NCBI GenBank assembly: GCA_964016885.1
Contig: OZ024743.1
Location: forward strand, 58,528,001 to 58,592,000
Reading direction: 5' to 3'
DNA length: 64,000 bases
DNA from: Eledone cirrhosa
Lineage: Eukaryota
Shown: piece by piece, positions 55,324-64,000 of the stretch
How the letters are laid out: each line of letters begins with the position of its first letter
Position numbering within the stretch: position 1 is the stretch's first letter
The notes under the pieces: model-generated
What the model was told of the DNA's origin: nothing
The model's database searches: none
Seen by the model: only the letters and a program-made list of their open reading frames with translations
Made by a program: the position numbers and the translations under genes

Positions 55324-55504
55324 TGCATAAACGCACTCTCTCTCCTACGTGTGGCTGGATGGTCGCTTTAGATTCTCTTCGTGTTATCTGAAATGTATAG
55401 CCTTACACACGATGATGAACCATGGGCTACTCATTTCTGTCAATAACCTACTTGGCGAAACAGATCTTTTTGGATTTGTACTTGTATAAACGCACTCTCT
55501 CTCC
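55079..55504. mobile_element. Family I module: inverted arms (55086-55250 / 55317-55481) around a central (TA)n, each with an HHR-like motif (ATGATGA core variant)
   Basis: tacacacg-ATGATGA-acca tggg...ccta cttggc-GAAA-cagatc tttttg gatttg-TA-; minus copy 55079-55163, plus copy 55403-55489. Confidence 0.75.
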
Positions 55505-55518
55505 CATATATTTATATA

Positions 55519-55707
55519 GGAAAATCTACCCCGACGGTAGAGCTCAAGCCGTTTCGACGGCTATTTCTTGACCCAGAAATAGCCGTCCTAACGACTTGAG
55601 CTCTGCCGTCGGGGTTAAACATTTTCCTATTACCCACTCTACTACCCTAAGTATTGAGTACTCCGGTGCGTTATGGTCAATTTGGTTCCTTACCACACCT
55701 CCATCGT
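55519..55707. mobile_element. Family C fold-back module centred in HHR stem II (~55571)
   Basis: ccccgacggtagagctcaagccgtttcgacggctatttct-tgaccc-agaaatagccgtcctaacgacttgagctctgccgtcgggg, then ~80-nt tail. Confidence 0.75.
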
Positions 55708-55921
55708 TATATATATATAATAAATAAATGCTATTGTTAATTAACAAATAAATCAACTAATAACTTAACACTTCACACAGAGTAAAATATTTTGTTTTAA
55801 TCATTTTCTAACCCAGAAAAAAGAGAGAAAAAAATAAAAAGGAAAAAAAGATATTTTTCTTCCTAATAATCGTCGTTTTCTCCGTTTTTCATATATATAT
55901 ATATGAATAAATAAATATACA

Positions 55922-56259
55922 AATAATTGTTTATACTTTTGGCACAAGGCCAGCAATTTATTTTATCGTCCCCGTAAGGATGAAAGGCAACGTTAACCTC
56001 AGCGGGATTTGAACTCAGAATGGCAATGGCCGTAACTCTATACGTCAAAGCATGGCGTCTGACCCTCTACTGATACTGCCAATCCACCGCCCTGATAGAT
56101 ATACAATAAATATAATATACTAATAATGAAATAAATATACAAATAATTAAATAATTGTTTCTACTTTAGGCACAAGGCCAGCAATTACTCAGTACATTAC
56201 TGGTACTTTATTTTATCGACCCCGTAAGGATGAAAGGCAAAGTAAACCTCGGCGGGATT
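55922..56259 (-). mobile_element. Two tRNA-derived SINE copies (55922-56092; partial 56150-56259)
   Basis: Consensus match. Confidence 0.8.
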
Positions 56260-57512
56260 AATGAAACCATTTATATGTATGTTTATATCTGATATGCACA
56301 TGTACAATATAGCGATATAACGATACAAAAATAAATATGTTTATAAACATTTGACAGTTGTTTTAGAGTACAACAAACATCTGAAAAAGCTTGTTTATTG
56401 CCATGGACAAGAATAGGACTAATTTTAGAATTGTTAACGTTACATCATTGTTAGAAACTGGATTGTAGCCTATTTGACGTGAGAAGGAAAAACAAAGGAA
56501 TTATTGTTAACCAACTTCATCTGAATACTACCTCCGGATTGTTTTATTTATCTACAATATCTTGCAGGTAATACGTTGGATTAGATTACTTAGTAGTACT
56601 ATTTGGAGCTCTGATTTCAAAACCTGCCAAGGCTGACGTCAAATAAAAGCTAATTCAATATATGAGTCGAGTGTACCTCTATGTCTCCTCACTTCGTTTG
56701 TCGCTCTCGTTCTCTGTCTTCCATTGTAGAGTGGGATGGGCCCCGGTTTGATTAAATTCCCCCATGACTCCATCTGTAATTAAGGTGCCGTGGCATTGGC
56801 GTGGTATTTCATCGAGCACTTCATATATAATCATTATACAATAGAAATAGAATGGATTTCGGCCGGTTCTCACGATAAGTGTTCTAGTTTATCAAACAGC
56901 CTACTCAAGAAATTAACGTGAAAATGAGTAAACTTTACACAAACGTGTACGCATCAGATACTTCTCAAAGATTTAATGTTCCACAATGAGACATGGCTTG
57001 CTCCATTTATCATATGTACAGCTGAGTAGACTGAAGGAACGTTGAATAAAGTGTTTGTTGAATGACACAACGCACCAGCGGTAACTGAAAACCTATTCTA
57101 AGCTTTATAGGTTTCACAGACTAATATATACATGGCTTAGTGCTAAGAGAATTGGATTCACAACACTGGTCAGGTGATGCATTGTGCCTTTGAGAAATAT
57201 ACTTTATTCGCCTTGTTAAAAATGTGTTGCGATATCACTGGTGCCAAGCTCTATCGGCCTTTGCCTTTCCCCTGGACGAAATCAGTGGCATGGAGATGGG
57301 AGATTGGTATGCTTGGGCTGGTTTTCCACAAAAACAACTCGTCCGATGAAATAAATACTAGAGTTGCAAATATTAATTAAGTACTAATGTCGGTAGAATT
57401 GAATAAGATCCTTTTAAGGATGTGCTCTCAAATAGCCAGATTCTAAGACTGGAACTAATGTAAACGTATAAAGAACGTGAAGCAAACAAAACAAAGAGAT
57501 AGGAAGAAAGCG

Positions 57513-57621
<109 letters not shown>

Positions 57622-57792
57622 TGTTTCTAATTACAATAGTTTGGCATATATAAGATTTCGGTATGAATATAAGCACAAACTCTGTTAGTAGTTCTTAAAA
57701 TAGACTCATGTTAGAAGAAAACACACTCTCTCATAACGTTTTACTGTCCCAATAATCAGCTGTGAGAGATACAGTTAATCAGCCTCTCATCG

Positions 57793-57973
57793 CTTGGCAG
57801 TATCGGTAGATGGTCGGACGCCATGCTTTGACGCATAGAGTTACGGCCCTTGTCATTCTGAGTTCAAATCCCGCCGAGGTTAACTGCTTTTCATCCTTAC
57901 GGGGTCGATAAAATAAAGTACCAGTAATGCACTGGGTAATTGCTGTCCTTGTGCCGAAAGTAGAAACAATTAT
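57793..57973 (+). mobile_element. tRNA-derived SINE
   Basis: Consensus match. Confidence 0.85.
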
Positions 57974-58140
57974 TGCCATGTTAAAACAACGTTATTCATA
58001 CGTTCCTTACACAATTTCTATGAAAGTGTTTGGTTTCATAGTTTGGACTTTAAGTTAATGAGTGTAATTCCAGCAATATGATTCACAGAGTTACCTTGAG
58101 TATTTGAGCAAGAGACTTTATTTCTCTTTGCTTTAGTCTA

Positions 58141-58967
58141 CGAGGTGAATCAAAAAAGAAACAGGACTGGAGTTGCAAAAAATATTTCAAACAAACTGAA
58201 AGTTTTCTCCTTCAAATAAATCCCCTCGAAGCTAACACCATTTCCCATCCTTCTCCGGCTCGCCTCCATGCACTCTTAGAATGATTCACCCGGGATTCTC
58301 TGCAGCTCCGGTTTCACGGCCATCTTGATGGCATCCACGTCCGGAAAACGGTTCCCTTGATGATCCTATTGAGGTAAAGGAAAGGGGAAAAATCACACGG
58401 AGCAGGTCGGGTGAGTAGAGAGGTTGCTCCAGCACAGCGTCTTTCTTCTCTGTCATGAAATCCCTAATGCTTTCATGCAGATATTCCGTATTCCGTATTC
58501 TTTGGTGATAATCTTCGAAATGCTGTCCCGGTTCATGACCAGCCCAGTCAAAATGTCAGCCGACGATTGCCATGCACCCCCTGCCTCATACGCTCAGCAC
58601 TTGTCTCAATCTTGTTCGTTGAAGGGCTTCCACGTCCCTCTTTTAACGTTTTGTGCCACTCGAAAACCTGTGAGCGTGATATCGTCTCATCTCCGTGCTT
58701 GCTGCAGTATTTCCCTAGCTTTTCCGCCAGTAGGACCAGAAACTTCACGTTGGTTCGTTTCGTTGCTCTGTAACCATGGCTCGACGGCCTAAAATTGAGG
58801 AGTTTTTAATAAAAGCACCTGAAATAAAATATAATAGTTGCAGAGATCTGAGATCGCAATTATATACTCCCGGGATTTTACGTCACGTCGTGAGGCAACT
58901 CGCCAATCCCTACCCACTCAGAGCTCACATAGCACACCAAGTATTATTGTTTTTTTGATAAACCTCG
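58141..58967 (-). mobile_element. Internally deleted mariner element with TIRs and TA TSDs
   Basis: ta-cgaggtgaatcaaaaaa ... ttttttgataaacctcg-ta; minus strand KFLV.L...HGDETISRSQVFEWHK..KEGR (HTH) and YSPDLLRV.F.PF (YSPDL) motifs. Confidence 0.8.
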
Positions 58968-60194
58968 TATGTTGGGCCTGTTTTTCGAAAGGTCAGCCTG
59001 CTCATACAGTGTGTCAAGCTAAATCTTCCCACGAACTACTAGGTTAAGTGTATACGTGTCCGTGGAATTCTCAGCCACTTGCACGTTAATTACATGAGCT
59101 GGCTGTTCAATTGATCGAATCAACCGGAACACTCGTATGCCAGAGCCGATAGAAGTCCATTAATCATAATGTGTATACCATTCCTTTTGTGTAATTTTCT
59201 ATAGCTCTTTTATATTACATTTAAACATTTATAAAAAGATGTGGTGTATATAAGTTAATTAATGTAGAATGTTCGGTGATTTACCGAAATTATAAATTAT
59301 TTCACTGTTGAGATTTGACCATTTGTAACATAACTGAACAAAAGGTTCTTATATTTAATCGTGATTATAATCTTAATTAAGGTAGGCACATTTTAGTAGA
59401 TTTCACTGGTTGGCAATGTATTGCCTTTTGTGGCATCCTCAAGTGTGCCAGTGTCTGTTCAACATGCCACCCAGTGAACTGATAATGTGTAATATATGCT
59501 CACTCTAGCTGAGTTCCTAGCCTCTCTCAGTTCGAAGACCGACATGCGTGGTGAAAAGCCACATCCTACACAAGATGCCTATGTTTTAGCTATCATATGA
59601 TAGTCTAACAGAACAGGTAGGATCTAGAGGAGTAAGCCTCGATAAAGATCCTGCTTGTGTCATAGAAAGCAGTAGCTCATGCGACGGTCGTCATTTTAAT
59701 TAGCTGACTCTAAAATTTTAAATACCATTGTCTTCACAGATGTTCCTCAATTAATTCGACAATGGGTTGTCTCAAATGTTCCGGTTAGTAGGAAAAGGTG
59801 AGGCACATATATTGGCACATATATTGAGGCACATATATTGTAGCCATAAGAAACAGCAAAATGAATGCTTCCCCTTTGACGGAGAGATGACTCAAGAAGA
59901 AGTTGTTTCATAGAACCGGTGGCTTATCTGGGATGGTTGGCATCAAAATGGTTAATGGTGATTTTGTCTGTTAATTCACTCAAAATCACTACTGGTTCCA
60001 TGGGCTGGTATCAATCCACTAAAAACCGTTACTAGTTCTATGAAATAAAAACACCTATTTTAAAACTTTCTTAAATTAAAACCTTCCAACATAATAAGGC
60101 TAGTTGTCACATTAGATAAAGTGATTACAGATTCTCTAAAATATGTTATCACAGATAGAATCATTCTAATCATGCATCTCTAGGGCGAATAAAA

Positions 60195-60689
60195 TCCAGG
60201 GAGATACATTGGTTCCCTACCTTTTTATCATCGTAGTGGACTATTGTATGCGCCTTGCACTGGAGAAACACCAGGACTCTGGCTTTACTGTAGCACCAAT
60301 CAAGGCAGGAGAGTTAAGGCGAAAAAGGTATCAGATGCTGAATTTGCCGACGACATAGTTTTGGTGACAAATTCAGTGAAGGAGGCAGAGGATTTGTTGC
60401 AGGAGGTTGAGACTGTGTCGATGAGTGTGGGGCTGAGAGTGAATGAGACTAAAACAAAATATCTGGTAGAGAATGTTGAGAAGCGAGAGGGGATCACTAA
60501 TATAGGCGGGAAGCCGCTAGAATTGGTTGAGGACTTCCTGTATTTGGGAGCAAAGATTGGGAATACGGAAGATGATGTGGTTGAGAGGAAGAGCAAAGCC
60601 TGGGCGGCGTGCTGCAGCTTGAGATCGGTGTGGAAGTCGGACCTTCGGAAAGACCTGAAAATCCGCCTCTTCATTGCTGTAGTGGAGTA
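60195..60689 (+). pseudogene. RTE LINE RT fragment, same family as 36112-36765
   Basis: QGDTLVPYLFIIVVDY, EFADDIVL, GLRVN..KTKY, VEDFLYLG, KIRLFIAVVE. Confidence 0.85.
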
Positions 60690-61569
60690 ATCATGCATGT
60701 GCTTGATAAAATATGACTCAGAAATAAGTGTATGTTCTCTGCTGTATTACAATGATGTATTACATGATATTTCATTAGTGTAATGTTTTCAACAGGTTAT
60801 AAAGGAATTCTTTCACAAATGTTCATATCTCCTGTTTATGTCTTTGGTAGTCACAGATGCAAATGACCTCATGATATCTGTTCGTGAATGAGTATGTGTA
60901 AGTGGGTGCGTGTGTACACCCTAACCCCCACACAAACATACACCGATATATTTACTAATAAACGCATATATTATTAAATAGATAGGCCCTACGATAGATT
61001 ATTTGAGTACTATGTTGAATAATGACCATACTTGTCTTAATTAGTAAAATTATACACACGCACCTCCCTCTCACACACACACATACACACACACACACGA
61101 ACACACACACACACACAAAATATATATATAGAGAGAGATAGATAGATTTCTTTATTAGCCACAAGGGCTCATCAAAGGCTTCATGTTTCGTTCTTTAAAA
61201 CATAAATTAGGTGAGAGCTCGTGGTCTAGTGAATATTAGAACACAAGTTCGTGAGTCTGATATCTAGAACAGGTGAACAATTGCGTCCTTGAGCAAGGAA
61301 GATGTTTTTCATGTTTATTTAGTTCTTTAAGTTGGTAAATGAGGAGAAGTGATAGCTCGGTTTTAGGCCTGTGAATATTGTACTTCCTGTCGTTTAGGTC
61401 CTGTGGAACCGGCATAACCTCTGTGGTTCTTTCAACACTAGCAATGCACGGAGAAATGGGCGTAAAACTACTTTGGTTTTCAATTATTTAATTTCACCGT
61501 GACGAAAATGATATAATTTATTAATTTCCGTCATGGCCTTGTAATTGGCTGATGTATTTGAAGAAATTC

Positions 61570-62560
61570 AAATCTTCCACTCTCTATCTAACTTACGCTC
61601 CGCATCTGTGCCCTGCCCTATATAATGGAGAATACACTGCCCCGGAGGAAAGAGAGGGTGACGCGTTGGAGCAGCAACTGCACCACATGGGTCTCGCATC
61701 GCATCTCCGAGTAGCCAACTCCGCTCCGATAGCAAGAAGTAGGGATGTGGTCTAACGGGGTAGGAGGCAAGAACGCCGGAAGTCTCTACTGCTACAGGCT
61801 CAACCACAAACTTATCAGAGAGCGGCACATACTTGGACATTTTACACTCTTCTGTCTAGTGTGCAGCAGAGCCTGGGCTGGTAGCCGAACGCACCAGGTT
61901 GCCACTAGAGAAGGTGTCGCAGCATGTAGCATCCAAGATAAGGGTCCTGCCATACTGTCTGGCCTTATGCCGTCCACTTGGTCTAGCCCCTTGGCTTTCA
62001 GCTGGGAAGGGTGGCCTGCACCCTCCATGCCATGCTTTATGATCTCGTTGTGAGGCATTGCATCGGAAGCTGCCAACACTGTAACGGCATGACAGTGGGT
62101 GGGGACCGAAAGGATCGACAGTGGTACTGCAGCGCCATTTGTGAGGCTCACAATCTTGGAAGCCGAGCTGTTCAGTTGATTGCTAGTCGCAAATGATGGA
62201 ACTGCATTGAGCCAGTCACCACTGTGGGTTGGGAAGCCGAGCGGAAACATGCCAGACGTTGCAGGTCGAGTCGGCGCACCAACCCATCTGAAATCATGTT
62301 GAAATGATTGGCGTCCTATTTTTTTGGGGGGGGGGGGGCATCTACGAGATAAGAGGGGGATGGACGTTCACAGGGTAGAGGCTGAAGTGCTTTCATATTA
62401 TGTAAGGCGGTTTGCGCTCCTCGATCACAGAAATTTCAGTTGTGTCGTAAAGAACTCTGTTGATGAGTATATAGAAAGCAAGATGTTACAGACGAAAAGA
62501 CACCAGGCATTGTCAGTGAGACAGGAGTCGGGCTATAGTGGCTGCCTTCAAATGAAATCT
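61570..62560 (-). pseudogene. CRE/NeSL-type (RLE) non-LTR retrotransposon C-terminal remnant
   Basis: HSGDWLNAVPS, HNEII, DG.RPD, KY, FVVEPVAVETSG motifs with frameshifts. Confidence 0.7.
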
Positions 62561-62767
62561 AGTATTTTTCTCTAAACTGATTCCATTTCCTCCTTATGGA
62601 ATATTGCCTCGCAATTATCAGGTCTTAGGTTTGATCTCACGGTGTGGCACATTGGCCGGTATCATGAGCAGTGAGTAGCATTTACCATAGTTTGAGGTTG
62701 TAGGCTTTGGTAATGAGATTGGGTAGAGAGGAACCGTTTGGAAACCCTGGCGGATGAACTGCAACCT

Positions 62768-62847
<80 letters not shown>

Positions 62848-62913
62848 CCTCTCTCTCTCTGTCTTCGTCTGTGTATATATATATATATATAATAAATATT
62901 ATATATATATATA

Positions 62914-63740
62914 GAATTTAGGAACAGTTTAGGTATGATACATTTTATTACTAATTATATCTAAATGTTTCTTCTCTCTTCATAATGTATTTTTAACTCT
63001 GATACTGGTTCAGTCTGGTTCAAACTGAATTGGTCTGTCCCAGTCATTCATTGAGCAACATCGGTGAAGTTGGCACCCTTAACTCACAGTTGGGTGCGGA
63101 TGCATTCATGTATATATGTGTGTGTCCGCATGTATCTGTGTGTTTCTAAATATATTAATAACTCCCTCTGGTCGAGCAATCTTTGAAGTGTGGGGACAAC
63201 TGGAAAGCTTCCATTACTCATACTTCTCGCCTTCTTCACTACCTCTTCTACGGCCTCGATATGAATACCCCCTCCGCCTCCGTGGTATTTTCTTCGTGGT
63301 TATAAGAGGCTTAGCTCTGTTTCTCGACCGTTATATCGCGTGACTGTCTCCCCCTCCGCCTTTTGGGATTCTTTCTCACGTCGTGTAGACGCGTTCTTGA
63401 GACTAGTAAAATGAGGTATCCTCTTGATAAGTCGGCAGACCTCGCAAGGACTCTATATCTTTGATATATTGTTTTTGTTTATGCCACGAAACTACGTAGT
63501 CGAGGAATTTAGGAACAGTTTAGGTATGATACATTTTATTACTAATTATATCTAAATGTTTCTTCTCTCTTCATAATGTATTTTTAACTCTGATACTGGT
63601 TCAGTCTGGTTCAAACTGAATTGGTCTGTCCCAGTCATTCATTGAGCAACATCGGTGAAGTTGGCACCCTTAACTCACAGTTGGGTGCGGATGCATTCAT
63701 GTATATATGTGTGTGTCCGCATGTATCTGTGTGTTTCTAA

Positions 63741-63744
<4 letters not shown>
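62914..63744 (+). mobile_element. Family J partial tandem (591-nt unit plus 240-nt repeat) between (TA)n tracts
   Basis: 62914-63153 appears identical to 63505-63744; HHR-like motif at the junction. Confidence 0.85.
63419..63506 (+). ncRNA. Type I hammerhead ribozyme motif, family J, decayed core (TTGATAA)
   Basis: tcctc-TTGATAA-gt c ggca...tgcc ac-GAAA(63488-63491)-ctacgtag-TC-gagga. Confidence 0.65.
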
Positions 63745-63795
<51 letters not shown>

Positions 63796-63797
<2 letters not shown>

Positions 63798-64000
63798 AAC
63801 CAGTAAGACCCCGACAGCTGAGCTCAAGCCGTTTCGACGGCTAATTCTGGACTGCTAATTCTAGTCCAGAATTAGCCGTCGAAACGGCTTGAGCTCAGCT
63901 GTCGGGGTCTTACTGGTTCCTATTACCCACTCTACTACCTCAAGTATTGAGTACTTTGGTGCGTTATGGTCCACCTGGTTCCTTACCACATTTCCTTCGT
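63796..64000. mobile_element. Family C fold-back module centred in HHR stem II (arms 63796-63853 / 63863-63920), tail runs to window end
   Basis: Perfect 58-bp arms; gtcGAAAcggc ttgagctca gctg TC gggg on both strands; preceded by (TA)n. Confidence 0.85.

Overview
Repeat-dense, AT-rich eukaryotic DNA, most likely from a coleoid cephalopod such as Octopus (inferred from the SINE families and microsatellite load). It holds one clear host coding exon (TPR-repeat protein, 40209-40965), preceded by an E-box-rich degenerate array. Other content: many tRNA-derived SINEs, decayed RTE/Tx1/R4/CRE LINEs, mariner remnants, a probable LTR, and two Penelope-like (GIY-YIG) retroelements. The main signal is that many (TA)n microsatellites carry inserted 120-3000 bp modules with type I hammerhead ribozyme (HHR) motifs from about 9 sequence-unrelated families. 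Many modules share one layout: (TA)n - short arm - fold-back - long arm with a 40-95 nt extra tail - (TA)n. The fold-back often falls in the ribozyme's own stem I or stem II. Arms within a copy share private variants, and copies occur as flip/flop isomers. Other modules are partial tandems that restart at the HHR cleavage site (retrozyme-like). All folds were done by eye and no catalytic activity is shown. Nearly all supplied ORFs are microsatellite artefacts.
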